DNA of 64,000 bases from contig MU008196.1 of the NCBI GenBank assembly GCA_010909165.1, positions 434,001-498,000 on the forward strand, in the 5' to 3' direction. How positions within the stretch are numbered: position 1 is the stretch's first letter; each line of letters opens with the position of its first letter. The position numbers and the translations under genes were made by a program. The notes beneath the pieces were generated by a model, which saw only the letters and a list, made by a program, of their open reading frames with translations, made no database searches and had not been told where the DNA came from. Of this stretch, positions 12,350-27,100 are shown one piece after another. This stretch comes from Anthoceros angustus. Its lineage: Eukaryota; Plantae; Anthocerotophyta.

Positions 12350-14640
12350 GTGGCAAACGAGTTACTTTCTTAGTGGATGTAGGATCCTCACATAGCTACG
12401 TAGGAGTCTCACATACCTATGCCCCAAAAGCCATGTGGTATAGTATGTAAACACAGCAGTGAATGAAGTTAGCCAATGGCATGGTCGAGAAGGTAACCAT
12501 ACATGAAATTCTGACCAGCATCATTATTCAAGGATACACTGACCAAAAACTCGAGGTGTGGCATTTGAGCAGATGAAGAAAGCGATGTGAGCTACCATTC
12601 TTACCTTGCGGATTTTGAGAAGCCATTCGTGGTGAGATGAGATCTGACCTAGGTGCTATGTTGTAACAAGATGGAGCAGCATAACTTCAGCGGAGTGCAA
12701 TCACACAACTCCGACAGGAGCTGCTGGGACAAGATAGTTTGTGGAAGGTGGTCCCCAACATCTCTTTCATAATAGTGTTGCAGTGGCAGGGCAAAGAGCT
12801 GAAGTTGCAAGGAGCCTCCCTGCAGTCTAAGGACAAGTTGTTCTCAACAAGAAATGCTAGGAAGTCACTCAAAAGCGGTAAGTTGGAGTATGCTGCTGTT
12901 CTCTACAGTTGTTGCCAAGTAGAGCAAGTACAAACTGATCAGCCAGCAGTAAGAGAGGTACCTTATGAGCTGCAGGAAGTCTTGGATGCCTTCAAAGATG
13001 TCTTCTCCGAGATGCAGGGGCTGCCCCTAAGGAGAGAAGTAGATCATGCTATTAGGCAGCTTTTTAAAGAAAGGACTAGTGGAGCCATCTTGTATCACTA
13101 TATGCTGCACCAGTGCTCATCATGAAACATCGAAATGGAAAAATCCGCATGTGCATAGACTACAGGGGTCTGATTGCAACAACTGTCAAGAACTGCTTCC
13201 TAATACCAAGAATAGAAGAGAGATACTTGACAACCTGGTGGGCGCCAAGATTTTCAACAAGGTTGATCTTCAGGCAGGCTTTCACCAGATACGAATCCAG
13301 GCTGGAGACGAGTATAAAACTGCATTTTGGATGAGGTATGGCCACTTTCAGTTCCTGGTGTTGCCTTTCAGCATGACAAATGCACCAGCAACCTTCACAA
13401 CACTCATGACCAAGAAATTGCGGCCCTATCTCGGAAAATTTGTAGAAGGTTTCGTGGATGATATCTTGGTGTACTCCAAGGATGCCCTAGAGCACAAGCA
13501 ATACCTAGTGTTAGTGCTCACAGCCCTAAGAGAACACCAGTTTAAATGCGAGGAAAGCAAAGTGCGAGTTCTTCCACAAGAAGGTAAACTAAGTTACCTT
13601 GGGTTCATCGTCGCGGAAGCTGGCGTAGAGGTGGATCCAGAAAAGGTGCGTGTCATTGTGGGTATTGTTTATGGCCTCTCATGCAGCAATTCTTAGGCAA
13701 GTGTGTACAAATGAGGACTTTCATACCACAATATGCGAAGATAGCAGTGCCGCTGACAAACTTGACCTACAAGGCATCCAAGTTTCCAATATTAGAGGAG
13801 GCAAAGGTGGCATTTGAGCAGATGAAGAAAGCAGTAACGGAAGCTACCATTCTTACCTTGCCAGATCTGGAGAAGCCATTCGTGGTAAGGGCTGACGCAT
13901 GAGATCTGACCCTAGGTGCTATGTTGTAACAAGATGGAACGAGCATAACTTCAAGGCGCAGAGTGCAATCACACAACTCACAGCAAGGAGCTGCTGGCTG
14001 TGGTTTATGTGTTAAAAGCTTGGTGACATTACCTCTATGGGAGCGAGTTTGTGGTGTATACAGACCATCACAGCCTGGAGCATTTTTCAGGCAACCTTTG
14101 CTGAACCCCAGGCAACAAAGGTGGGCAAAGTACCTGGCAGATTTCCACTTCACAATATCCTACTCCCTAGGTAAGGCAAATTTAATTGCCGATGCTTTGA
14201 GCAGAAGAAGGTGTAGTGTGCTGCTCATAGTGGAGTCCGACATGTGGAAGTAGGTGAGGGAGTCCACCCCGAAAGACAAGCATCCGAGTAATATCCGGCA
14301 CAAGTTGGAGGACACTGTCACTACTGGCAGACCCATAGAGCTTGGGGACAGATACAAGACTCAACAAGGCTGTCTATATAGAAAGGGGAAGCTTTGCATA
14401 CCCGCATCTCAAGCTTGAAGCTAACCTTGCTCCATGATGCCCACGATGCTCCTATAGCAGGGCACATGGGCATGGATAGAACTTATCAGCGTGTGAAAGA
14501 ACATGTGTGGTGGAAAGGGCATGTGATCAGAGTATATAGAACATGCTTACCTTGTCAGCAAACAAAGGTTGAAAGGAAGTCTCCAGGAGGACTCTTGATG
14601 CCGCTAGCAGTCCCTTGCAAGAATTGGACCGCGAGCATCG
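12350..14640 (+). mobile_element. Degenerate Ty3/gypsy pol remnant (RT, RNase H, integrase N-terminus)
   Basis: RMCIDYRGL, KVDLQAGFHQIRI, MTNAPATF, FVDDILVYS, LPDLEKPFVVRADA, NLIADALSR, HDAPIAGHMGMDRTY. Frameshifts and stops throughout. Confidence 0.9.
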
Positions 14641-14915
14641 AACTCTCTCATGCCATAATCTCTCGAAACTCGGGGAAGGAAAATGCGGGAATGTGAGGCC
14701 ACCACTAACCTCGTCGAGGCCAGCTTGGAGGAGAACCAGATCCACTTCGAGCGCAAATTGAAGGGAGTCTTGCAGGCGTTAGGCTCGGCAGAGTTGGAGC
14801 CGCCTGCACCGACTCTGGAAATGCAATCTCCCGCGTTCTGAGCAGCTGCATCTGCTGACGACGAACTCCATTCAACCCCAGTCAAAATCCCAACCCGAAT
14901 GTCGGAAGGGGAGGA

Positions 14916-17900
14916 AGATTGGAAGCTAGCCATGCTTCAAGAGGGTCAGAAGTGTCAAGAAAGCAAGTGTTCAGAATTGCAAAACTAAGACCACCTTAAC
15001 GAGGCCTTAAAACACAAATGAAGAGCAACTTTGAGCAAACAACACAAAGACAATAGTCAAAGAGCTGAACCTGCTATAGCTAGCTGGTCTCACCCCTTTT
15101 TAAACCCTAAAAAGTGTCACTCACGTTTCCTACTCAATATGGGGTATATGTTTCCCATTTACCCACTTCTATATACTTATAGTAAGCTCAATCACCTACA
15201 TCTTTTACGCATAGTCATATCCATCTTAACAAACTCAGTAAGCTGCATCCTCAACACTCCCACTCAGCGCACCTGAGTTTGCCTTAATCCAACTACCTCT
15301 CTACACTTCTCAAACTTGAACTTGCTCAAAGCCTTGGTCAAGAAATCTGCAGCCATATCCTGCGTTTTGCAATACTCAAATGTAACCTCCAACGATTTCA
15401 CCCTTTCACGAACAAAGTAACGTTGGATATCAATATGCTTTGTCCTTGAGTGGTGCACAGGGTTCTTGATCAATGCCATGCTTCCCTGGTTGTCACTTTG
15501 AAGAACAGTTGGCTGCACTTGTTGATACCCAATTTCTTCCATGAACCTTCTCAACCAAATGGCTTCCTTTGTAGCTTGTGTGGATGCCATGTACTCAGCC
15601 TCCACCGTAGACATTGCAACAGTTGGTTGCTTTTTGCTATTCCAACTGATGGCACCTCCCCCTAGGATAAAACATATCCGGTTGTGGACCTCCGATCATC
15701 AAGATCGCTCCCCCAATCCGAGTCACAATATCCAAGCAGTATGTGTCCTTCATTTGAACCTGAAAACTCAAGGTACATGTCATGTGTGCCTTTCAAGTAC
15801 CTCATTATCCTCTTCACTGCAATCCAATGTGGCTTTCCAGGATTTTGCATATATTGGCTCACAACACCTAGAGCTTTCCCAAGATCTGGACGAGTTGCAA
15901 CCATGGCAAACATCAAACTGCCCAGTGCTTGTCTGTAAGGAATGTTCTTCATCTCCTCCTCCTCGTGATTGCTTGCAGGACATTGGTCTTTGCTAAGCCT
16001 CATATCTAAACAGAGAGGCGTTGCAATTGGCCTGCAATCAGTCATTCCAAAACGATCCAAGAGTTCCTCAATGTACTTTTGTTGTCCAAGCTTGATTGTT
16101 CTCCTCACCCAACAAAATGAGGTCATCCACGTATATGGCTAGAATAACCATAGATTGGAGAACTTTGGATATGTAGATGCTCTCATCAGATGTGCATTGT
16201 TGAAATCCTTGCTCCTTTAAGAATGCATTGATCTTCTCATACCAAGCTCTAGACCCTTGCTTCAATCCATAGAGAGCTTTCTTCAATTTGCACACCAAAC
16301 TCTCATTGCCTTTTTCGATATACCCTTCAGTTGCTCCATATAAATGTCCTCCTCCAAATCTCCATTGAGAAATGCAGTTTTTACATCCATTTGATGAATC
16401 TCCAAATCATCAATTGCTCCCACTGCAAGTAAAGTCCTTATTGACACAAGTTTGGCCACTGGAGCAAAGGTCTCATTGTAATTGATGCCTTGTTCTTGGC
16501 TATATCCTTTCACCACCAATCTTGCCTTATATCTCTCAATCTGACCATTAGAATCTCTCTTGATTCTAAACACCCATTTGCTCCCAATAGCATTCCTTCC
16601 TGCAGCAAGGAGGTTAATACCCAAGTGTCATTCTTCTTCAACGACTTCATCTCATCATCCATAGCTTCTTTCCATTGCTTTGCATCCTTCCTTGTAGTGC
16701 TTCAGCTATCGTTCTTGGTTCCCTCCCATATTCCATAGCAATGGATGCAAACTCTGGTCTTTCTCTCCAATCTCTTGGTGGACGACGCTCCCTTGTTGGA
16801 TATCTCCTCGGAGGAAGAATTTCTTCTCTCAAGGGTTCTTCCTCATTGTTTCCCTCGCTAGGGATCATTTCATTCCCATCAATCGGAATGACGTCTTTTC
16901 CAATTGGTTCTTGAGGTATCACAACCTCATGAGCATCAACAATAGGAAATTTCGCTATCTATAGTCTCCTCATCAAAACCACATCTCTACTTATGATGAT
17001 GCGCCTAGATGCCTTGTCATACAATCTATAGGCCTTTCTATCAATATCATAGCCCACAAAATGCACTCCAATGCCTTCCCTTGAGCTTGCTCGACTTCTT
17101 TGGGTTTATGTGCAAAGGCTCTACACCCAAACACATGCAAGTGAGCAATAGAAGGCTTCCTCCCTAACCAGCATTCCTCCGTGTCATATCCTCTAGTGAT
17201 GCACTTGCACTTCTATTAGTTAGGTAGACAGCAGTTGCAATGGCTTCCCCAAAACTCATAGCCCAATTGTTGATGATGAAGCATGCTCCTAGCACATTCT
17301 ACCAAAGTTCTATTTTTCCTTTCCAACTCCATTTTGCTGAGGAGTGTAAGGGCGAAAATTGTTGCATGATTCCGTGCTCCTTGCAAAAGTTTCAAATCCT
17401 TGGACATATACTCACCTCCATTGTCACTCCTTAAAACTTTTATCTTTCTACCAATTTGATTCTCCACAAGTGCTTTATACTCCTTGAACTTGATAAAGCA
17501 TCCTTGGATTTGAGGAAGTAAACCTTGGTATACCTTGACTTGTCATCTGTGAAAGTGAGGAAATACTTGGCCCCTCCTAGAGATGTGGTCTTCATGGGGC
17601 CACAAAATGTCTGAGTGAATCAAATCTAGCACATGGTTAGCTCTACTTCCTCCCTTTGGAAATGGAAATCGATGTTGCTTTCCCATCATGCAACCTCTAC
17701 AAATACCTATATCTTCCTCCTCTCCAAGCTCAAGTCCTCTTACCATCTTTTTCTTTTCCATGAGCTTGATGTTGTGAACTCCAAGATGTCCCAATCTTTG
17801 GTGCCACAATAGTAGCTTGTTGTTGTGCTCTTGTACCACATTTGCCTCCATTCTTGAGCTTGGCACCAGTACTCCCACTTAAACAATACATCTTTCCAAC

Positions 17901-19542
17901 CTTCACTCCTTGTGCTCTCACTTCTTCTTTTGCATTCGTGAAGGTCACTCCAGCTTCCTCAAATCTCACTCTCAACCCTTGAGAGGTAGCCGCTAACGGA
18001 GAAGAGGTTTTGCTCAGCCTGGCACATAGAGGACCTTCTTTAACATCCCACGAATAGGCCCTTTAGGAGTGGTCATGGTTAGAAATACAACTCCTTCTCC
18101 CTCACATTTTTGAGCGAATTATCACCCAAGTAAATGTTAGTTGCAGGAGGGTTTGAAAGAGTGAAACCATTCATGCCTATTGGTCATATGCTCCGAAGCT
18201 CCTGAATCGATATACCACCTGTCAGCTTCATTTGAGTGGTGATGTGTACTCACAAAGGCCTCATCAAAGTCTTCATCACAGTTGCTTTGAGGTCTTGCTT
18301 TCTCGTCCCTTTGCTTCTTGAAACAGTTTCTCGCAATGTGTCCAACCTTGCCACAATAGTTGCAAGTTATGTTGGACCTTCTATATCCTCCTACAGATTG
18401 AGAAGGACCATCCCCTAGCTTGATGGAACTTGAGTGTTCTTCTTGAGGGTTTTTGGCCACAAAAGCTGATTCCTCAGATATCTTCCCCCTTTCTCTTCTT
18501 TTTGTCTCTTCATGTAAGAGTCTGCTCACAAGAATCTCAAAAGTCAAAGTCTCTATTCTTGACTCCAAAGCCACGGTCAAGTTGTTGTATGACTCTGGAA
18601 GACTTGCAAGAAGAGTCATCACCAAGTCATCATCTGACACAGGGGCTCCAACAGCTGCTAATTGTTGTGACAAACTCCTCACTTTGTCTACATGCTCAAT
18701 GACACTGTCATTCTCACCCATATGAAGAGTGAAGAATCTTCTCCTAAAAAACAAGCGGTTCACAAGGCTCTTGTTCTCATACAGCGCCTCCAACTTTTGC
18801 CAAGCTTCCCTTGCAGTCTTACAAGAAGTCACATGCATTAGTTGTGCATCTTCCAAATTGAAGCAAATGGTTGCAAAAGCTTTGCCTGCATTCTCGTCCC
18901 ACTTGGATTGTCGCTCCACTTCTATAGGGCGTTGCTCAGTTCCTAACACTATCCCCCACAAGCCTTTCTCAGCCAACAACATCTGCATCTTGAACTTCCA
19001 CAAGTTGAAGTTGTTACCACCAAATTTGGAAATGACTTGTAGTGTCACCATGCCTTGGGTGTGTGGGCCCATAACCTGTTGAGATTGGAAGCTAGCCATG
19101 CTTCAAGAGGGTCAGAAGTGTCAAGAAAGCAAGTGTTCAGAATTGCAAAACTAAGGCCACCTAAACGAGGCCTTAAAACACAAATGAAGAGCAACTTTGA
19201 GCAAACAACACAAAGACAACAGTCAAAGAGCGTCGGATTTAGGCTACAAGGTTTTGATAGGAATTGCAATTTAAGACCACCTAAACGAGGCCTTAAAACA
19301 CATATGAAGAGCAACTTTTAGCAAACAACACAAAGACAAAAGTCAAAAAGCTGAACCTACTATAGCTAGCTGGTCTCACCCCTTTTTAAACCCTAAAAAG
19401 TGTCACTCACATTTCCTACTCAATATGGGGTATATGTTTCCCATTTACCCACTTCTATATACTTATAGTAAGCTCAATCACCTACATCTTTTAAGCATAG
19501 TCATATCCATGTTAACAAACTCAGTAAGCTGCATCCTCAACA
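14916..19542 (-). mobile_element. Ty1/copia element B (family 1), near full length, ~4.6 kb
   Basis: 5' LTR 19077-19542 (with an internal duplication), PBS, gag-PR ORF 18137-19099 (CNYCGKVGHIARNC, WYIDSGAS), integrase, RT (SKWVFRIK, YKARLVVKGY, QMDVKTAFLNG, LYGLKQ, IYVDDL), RNase H, PPT and 3' LTR 14916-15256. Many 1-bp frameshifts. Confidence 0.95.
18137..19099 (-). CDS. Copia gag (UBN2-type) + CCHC knuckle + protease, element B
   Basis: 320-aa ORF with LLASLPESY, CNYCGKVGHIARNC and DSGASEHMT. Confidence 0.88.
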   Translation of the reverse strand: MASFQSQQVMGPHTQGMVTLQVISKFGGNNFNLWKFKMQMLLAEKGLWGIVLGTEQRPIEVERQSKWDENAGKAFATICFNLEDAQLMHVTSCKTAREAWQKLEALYENKSLVNRLFFRRRFFTLHMGENDSVIEHVDKVRSLSQQLAAVGAPVSDDDLVMTLLASLPESYNNLTVALESRIETLTFEILVSRLLHEETKRRERGKISEESAFVAKNPQEEHSSSIKLGDGPSQSVGGYRRSNITCNYCGKVGHIARNCFKKQRDEKARPQSNCDEDFDEAFVSTHHHSNEADRWYIDSGASEHMTNRHEWFHSFKPSCN

Positions 19543-22140
19543 TTCAACCCCAGTCAAAATCCCAACCAGAATGTCGGAAGGCGAGGAAGTGAGAAGGACG
19601 GGAGGGGTCTCACCCGCAACTACCCACAATCGGCCAAGTGGAAACAAGAATGATTCAGAAGCAATGAAGAAGTTGCATGTCGAACTCCTGCCTAGAGAGA
19701 ATGACAACATAGAGATCAAGTCACTAGTGAGAAGGCTACAACTCATGCACTCTGAAAATTGGGAGGCCCAACAAGAGAGAGATCCAACTAACTTGCAGGC
19801 TGCTAATGGAGAGTTGCGTTCAAACCTCAAGGACAATTGGATCGAGATTTGCAGCGGAAGATCAAAACGTAAACTTTTGATGGTTTAGTGAAGGATGCAC
19901 AAAACACGATTAGATTGACAAGAATGGATAAATATCTCACAACCAGCGACAAAGATGACCAACAAAATATTCAGTTTTGTGTCATGTTGTTGGAAGGATA
20001 TACCCTCTTGGTTTTGTAGACAACGGTGGATCAGGAATGGAAGCCCTCCCTATCCACTCCCAAATGTTTTTCAGACAACAGTTCTTGAGCCAATTCGTGC
20101 AGGTAAACCACCGAAAAGATATGTACCATGAGTTGAGAACCATCGCTCAAAGGTGACTGCCGACTTTGAAACAATGGTCTACAACATGAAGAATGTGCCT
20201 CATCCACAACAGGCTAGGCACGTTAGCATCCTTTTCAGAGAACATACTCCGATCGGTGACCACATTGACCAGGCTCTTATTCAAATGTAAAGTGGCCAAA
20301 GAATCCGTGCTCAATTTCATTGGTGTCTCATTTCTAAAGCTGATTCCTCATATCTTCCCTTTCTCTTCTTTTGTCTCTTCATGTAAGAGTCTGCTCACAA
20401 GAATCTCAAAAGTCAAAGTCTCTATTCTTGACTCCAAAGCCACGATCAAGTTGTTGTATGACTGAAGACTTGCAAGAAGAGTCATCACCAAGTCATCATC
20501 GACAGGGGCTCCAACAGCTGCTAATTGTTGTGACAAACTCCTCACTTTGTCTACATGCTCAATGACACCGCTATTCTCACCCATTTGAAGAGTGAAGAAC
20601 CTTCTCCTCAAAAACAAGCGGTTCACAAGGCTCTTGTTCTCATACTCCAGCTTTTGCCAAGCTTCCTTGCAGTCTTACAAGAAGTCACATGCATTAGTTG
20701 TGCATCTTCCAAATTGAAGCAAATGGTTGCAAAAGCTTTTGCATTCTCGTCCCACTTGGATTGTCGCTCCACTTCTATAGGGCGTTGCTCCCTGACACTA
20801 TCCCCACAAGCCTTTCTCGCCAACAACATCTGCATCTTGAACTTCCAAGTTGAAGTTGTTACCACCAAATTTGAAATGACTTGTAGTGTCACCATGCCTT
20901 GGGTGTGGGCCCATAACCTGTTGAGATTGGAAGCTAGCCATGCTTCAAGAGGGTCAAGTGTCAAGAAAGCAAGTGTTCAATGCAAAACTAAGACCACCTA
21001 AACGAGGCCTTAAAACACAAATGAAGAGCAACTTTGAGCAACAACTAAAAGAGCCAAGGCTACAAGGTTTTGATACACCGAGGCCTTAAAACACATATGA
21101 AGAGCAACTTTGAGCAAACAACACAAAGACAAAAGTCAAAGAGCTGAACCTACTATAGCTAGCTGGTCTCACCCCTTTTAAACCCTAAAAAGTGTCACCA
21201 CATTTCCTACTCAATATGGGGTATATGTTTCCCATTTACCCACTTCTATATACTTATAGTAAGCTCAATCACCTACATCTTTTAAGCATAGTCATATCCA
21301 TGTTAACAAACTCAGTAAGCTGCATCCTCAACATTCAACCCCAGTCAAAATCCCAACCAGAATGTCGGAAGGCGAGGAAGTGAGAAGGACGGGAGGGGTC
21401 TCACCCGCAACTACCCACAATCGGCCAAGTGGAAACAAGAATGATTCAGAAGCAATGAAGAAGTTGCATGTCGAACTCCCTACTAGAGAATGACAACATA
21501 GAGATCAAGTCACTAGTGAGAGGGCTACAACTCATGCACTCTGAAAATTGGGAGGCCCAACAAGAGAGATCCAACTAACTTGCTGCTAATGGAGAGTTGC
21601 GTTCAAACCTCAAGGACAATTGGATCGAGATTTGCAGCGGAAGATCAAAACGTAAACTTTTGATGGTTTAGTGAAGGATGCACAAAACACGATTAGATTG
21701 ACAAGAATGGATAAATATCTCACAACCAGCGACAAAGATGACCAACAAAATATTCAGTTTTGTGTCATGTTGTTGGAAGGATATGCCTACTGGTTTTGTA
21801 GACAACGCAGGTGGATCTGGGAATGGAAGCCCCTCCCTATCCACTCCCAAATGTTTTTCAGACAACAGTTCTTGAGCCAATTCGTGCAGGTAAACCACCG
21901 AAAAGATATGTACCATGAGTTCAGAACCATCGCTCAGCAGCAGGCACCACTGACTTTGAAACAATGGTCTACAACATGAAGAATGTGCCTCATCCACAAC
22001 AGGCTAGGCACGTTCGCATCCTTTTCCAGAGAACATACTCCGATCGACTGACACTGTTGACCAGGCTCTTATTCCAAATGTAAAGTGGCCAAAGAATCCG
22101 TGCTCAATTTCGTGGGTGTCTCATTTCTAAACCGCTGATG
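19543..22140 (+). mobile_element. Ty3/gypsy-like gag remnant (host of copia B), present twice
   Basis: RMDKYL...IQFCVMLLEGYAYWF...FRQQFLSQF resembles retrotransposon gag. Occurs at ~19890-20340 and ~21670-22130, with a partial copia gag+LTR (20340-21333) between the copies. Confidence 0.6.
20340..21333 (-). mobile_element. Partial copia family-1 copy C (gag + LTR), duplicate of 18470-19542
   Basis: Same LTR/flank junction (ctcaaca|ttcaaccccagtc) as element B, with many single-base deletions. Confidence 0.85.
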
Positions 22141-23970
22141 CATCCCATTGCGGCATGTGAGGAGTACCCATTACCTAGCTCACCTGCATTAGTTTTATAA
22201 TTACTCTAGCCTATCCATCCGTATTTACCTTGTTACTTCTACCCGTATTAAATCCGTATCTCTTGCTTGGTAGAAACCTATATTTACCTTGTTGTACTAA
22301 GGTCTCAAAATCATGGGGCGTTGAGGTCGCGCTGTGACGTGGGGGGCTGCTCGTGCGTAACCTGCTGATCTACCACCATAAGGTGTGGACCTACAATCAA
22401 AGGGTGTCATTGTAGGTCTGAAAGTGCTGATTGACAAAGTGGCACGGTGAGGCGCGGCTGCTGTTTGTGGAGTGAGTTGAGCCGTGTGAGAGGGCCTAGG
22501 GGTGTGAAGGGGTGTGTGGTTTGTGCCTTGGATACTGGTGAGCTGACAACCAAGAGTCTCATGGGACGAAACCTTTTGTACTTAGCGACAGTGGGATAAG
22601 AGTGGTCACTATAGGGTGATCCTGGGGGTCCCGGGGTTTTCCTCCCACAAAAGCCCACAGTTCTCTATTTGAATGAAGGTAGATAACATCGAAGATTGCC
22701 AATGCCGACCCACACATGCTAGGAACTTTTCTTATTCAGGCAGCCAACATCGTGGAAGAACATATCGCTTCAAGCAAAACAGCTTGGAAGAACAAAATTT
22801 GACAGCAACACATGGAAACCAATCGTGACAGGTCACGGAACCCAGGGCAAGCTTTCAAAAGTCGATTCCCAAAAAAGTCATGTTCTGCATCCAATAGACA
22901 TATATAGGATATTAGGATAATAAACATGACAAGGAACCCACGAATTCTATGTATAATATGTATTTACGGTCGTCCATAGGAAGGGCGCGCCGGACTCCCT
23001 CGAGCAAGTTATTCAGTACAAGACATCTTTTAATAAACTTGAACTTGAACTTGAACTTGAAGGCCATCCGGAAAGGTGCAAAGTCTAGATGGCAAGTTAA
23101 ACGTCTGACCGTTTGGCTTTAGAGGGAGGGAATGTTGTGGCGATTGTTTGTGTACGTAGGCCTTCTATGACTAGTACTAAGCCAAGGTTAGTCACTTAGG
23201 ACGTTCAGTGTAGTTTGCATAGAGGAAGGCACGGAGTCGATTTCTTGGGAACGAATCCCATAACTACAATGACAACTATGTAGGTCCTGCTAGCTAGATG
23301 CTGGGAATTAGCTCGACATCTGGCCAAAGATGCTTTAAGTAGGACATCCCCCTCACTGGATGACTCACAACAACAAATTCTGTCAGTGCGCCTCCGTCAA
23401 ACAAAAAAATAGAGAACCTCTCCTACTCCGATATTTTGAAACGTGGCTTCCCTTTCTACTAGGGTACTAGCTCTTTACTAAACAAAGACTCACCCGCTTT
23501 GTTTTTCTTCTTCACGAAGGGAACAAAAATAGCATTATCAATAGACTACTAGTCTCAATCCCTCGATACTATCAACCCTATCATGTCATGTCAACCCTAT
23601 CATGTCAATAAGTTAACAAGATTCTACATCAAAACCTTAAAACGTCGAAAGATAAAAAAAGGAAGGTACTAAGTTGCGGGCGATAAATGAACTCACCTAT
23701 CCATATCAAAACCATATCACTTTTTAATTAAAAAAATACGAGGTGCTGCAATGTACAAAAAAATACACAAAAAGATAGAAATTAGTAAACATAACAATAC
23801 AATTCTATTAAAAGCCTAATGGGTCGGACCCCCTTGATCATGGGGCATGCTATGACCCCTTATGCAAGTCTCGTGTAAAGCAGGTTAAAACATTTGAGGC
23901 CGCCATATATACGATATTTGTTGTCTAGACCGTGAAAAGGGATGATATAAGGTCCTTTAGGACTGTGTAT

Positions 23971-24117
23971 TGCTGGCAATGGCCCACTATTGTAAGGGTA
24001 TCCAGGGCCTAATATATTATCTTTGCTGGCAATAGCCCACTATTGTAAGGGTATCCAGGGCCTAATATATTATCTTTGCTGGCAATGGCCCACTATTGTA
24101 AGGGTATCCAGGGCCTC
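23971..24117. repeat. 53-bp tandem repeat, ~2.8 copies
   Basis: Unit tgctggcaatggcccactattgtaagggtatccagggcctaatatattatctt. Confidence 0.9.
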
Positions 24118-27100
24118 CTTGTGGGTCACGCTATTCAAAGGCCACTACAATGAAAATATCCTATCTTCTCACTAAAAAACTCGATCTATACTTTGTGTTA
24201 AGTAAACTATTTTACAGAAGTAGATATCTTTCCCTACCCTATATGTATCTATTACTCTATCTTGCTTTTATTATACAATATGCATTACTTTTATGATACA
24301 ACAAGGTTGAGAAGCTTGAGCTAATTTTATTGCACAAATTTATTTTGTTGTATACTAAAGCGCCCATCTATGTTGTCTGATTATAAATCTTATTTGTTGT
24401 GAGTTAGTTTTATGTAATATAGAGAATCGAGTGACTCCATCTACATCAATATAGTGTGAAAAGGGACATCTTATATGTGCATGTAAGAATTATAGATATG
24501 GAGGTTACTGAAAAGCTCATAAAATTAGGACCTAAGGCAATCTTGAAGAATTCAAAGCAACGTTCTGAGTTTTCCAATCATTTGAGCTTGACGGATGGAG
24601 AATATGTGATAATGTATCTATTAATGCTCAAAGTGCAATGCTGTCTTTGGAGATTGATTGTGTTGAAGAAGAATCTCATAGAAATGGCACTAAGTATATT
24701 ATTAATAGATAGAAATAGACTATCCTATGGATATCACTAGTTAAAACTCTGAGAGATCATATTTGATGTATTTTTATATTTAAAACCACATAAAATTACA
24801 CAAAATCATATATATTTTCATGATGAATAGAGAAGAAGTAAGTAAATTGTGTCATGCTGAGTTGCAACAATTATATAACATGTATAGAAAGCAATAAGAG
24901 GTAAGTGATATATATACATACCTTATAAGAATGATATTTTAAATAAAAATACAAGATTATGTACGAATAGAGTAACTTATGTTTATTGTGTAGAAGGCTA
25001 TTAATAATAGAAAAAAATAAAAAAATAATATATTACATACGCAATTAGATGGAAGATTACTGTCTTATATTTTTTTGACTTATAAAGATGAATTTATAAA
25101 TAATGGGAAGAGAAAAAAAACTAGAATTACAAATGCAAATAAGACTATCACGTCAAGCTAAGCTACGGCTACGGAGAAAAGAGAAAAGCAACAATGAATA
25201 AATACTAGGTTGGAATACTTGAAGATATAATATTATATTTTTACACATCCAGGATATTGTCATGAGTTTAATTTATCAGAGCTACTCGAAGATAAGAAAA
25301 AGAAGTGTTATTTTTGCTACAAAGGGAGGTAGCATGTTACATTCATGTGAAGCTAAAGTGTATTTCTATGGCTGGAGACTGTGGTGTATTTTTCTACAAA
25401 TTAACTAGTAAGTATTTTTGTCATAATATGAATTCAAATAAAAGTCTTTCTTGCTCAAAATTTATGCAGCGTCTAGAGTTAAAACATCGGTTTGGCCATA
25501 ATGTGCAATTTTTAAGATCATTGACTAATTCCTCCTACCCTCTTGTATTTGAGAAGGCCAATGAAAATAGAAGATGTTTTTGTACAGAGGAATTATGAAG
25601 AAGGCATTATTTTTACATAAAATATGCCAAACAAAAAGCATTTTCTTCTTGGATCTTGAGAGTATTAAAAAACTAGCAAAAAAACACAATACATAAAAGG
25701 TTTCTTGCTCCTAAGGCAGATATTTTTCAAAAGGATTGGTGCCAATGATTATTTTGCAAAAATGACATGAAATAAGTGATGCTGATAAGAAATATCATGC
25801 ATGGTTACGATACACTACAGTCATTTCGAGAGGTATGTATCTATTTTTATATCTACATCGTGTTGGATGCGCATATCTTGCAACTTTTGACTTCACTTTG
25901 GATTATACTCTTCCAAAATATAGCTTGTAGACATCTTTTATGGAAATGATTGATTTGACAAGTATGGTCATTAAAATAATTATACATTCATTATAATTTA
26001 TCATTAATTTATTTTTATCTGATATTTAAAATATTCATTCGCTGTTATTAGCAACTTATTTTCACATCCACTTGTGATACTTCATGTTGTCCAACAATGT
26101 AAACAACTTGAAAATTTTGGAGAAAACAAAAGAAATGATACTTTGAGCAAACAAGCTCGGGAACAATTGTAACAACTAGTAGAAGAAGCACGAACCCTCA
26201 AATTCATGATTGAACTAAAAGAAAACCGAATTGGATGTAAGCATGAATATAGGTTTTAAGCACATGCCTCTAAACTCGCTATGTACTATAATTATCTATT
26301 TTAGAGCAGATTAAATGCTTTTACAAAATTGACCTCCAGTTAAACATTTTATGATTTCACAAGTAATTCTTTGATTTTTTTTTATCATTTTTTAAATCAT
26401 ATTTCATAACTCATACACGTAAAAGCCCAAGGTATGAGGTGCCCTAAAAGATTATCAAGAATAGCAACTTATCGATTAATGGTACATATAGGGCACTATC
26501 CTTGAAAGCTTTGCGTGGACGACAAGGTGCAATGGAACATCAAAGAGTTGAAGTTTCTAAGCTACAAAGAAGGAAAGTAGTCTGGTGTAAAAAATTCATA
26601 ATTGGCTTAGTGAACATCTTGATGTTAGTATAAAAAATCTAGCATTTCTTCATGACGCAATTCAAAGTAAGAATTCATAATAAAAACTGGATAGTTTTAT
26701 CACATCATACATGTAAAAATTATTTTATACAATACTTTCTAATTTGACTAAATGAAATAAGCACCCTACATTATACACCAGTTGATAAAGCTGGTAGCCA
26801 CCCTATACATAATGGGTTAGGTATATCTTTCAATATTCAATTCAATAGAAGGATGGTCTCATGGGGATTAATTCTTTATGAGCCATACCACTAGGCAAAG
26901 TAAAATTGATTTATCTAAAAATAATTTTTGAAAATATATTATTAGATTTTTAATTTTATTAGGTGTATACCAATATACTTATCTATTTATACCTACAGCT
27001 ATTCAAAAAATAGGACCTAATTCACAACCAAGATAAGGGTTGCACTTATCTTGAAAAGTGATTGAATGATATGTTCATTTTAACGTTGTGTTGCATCAAT

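Noticed and set aside
23971-24117. 53-bp repeat as a CRISPR-like repeat/spacer array
   Set aside because: The intervening sequences are identical; this is a simple minisatellite.
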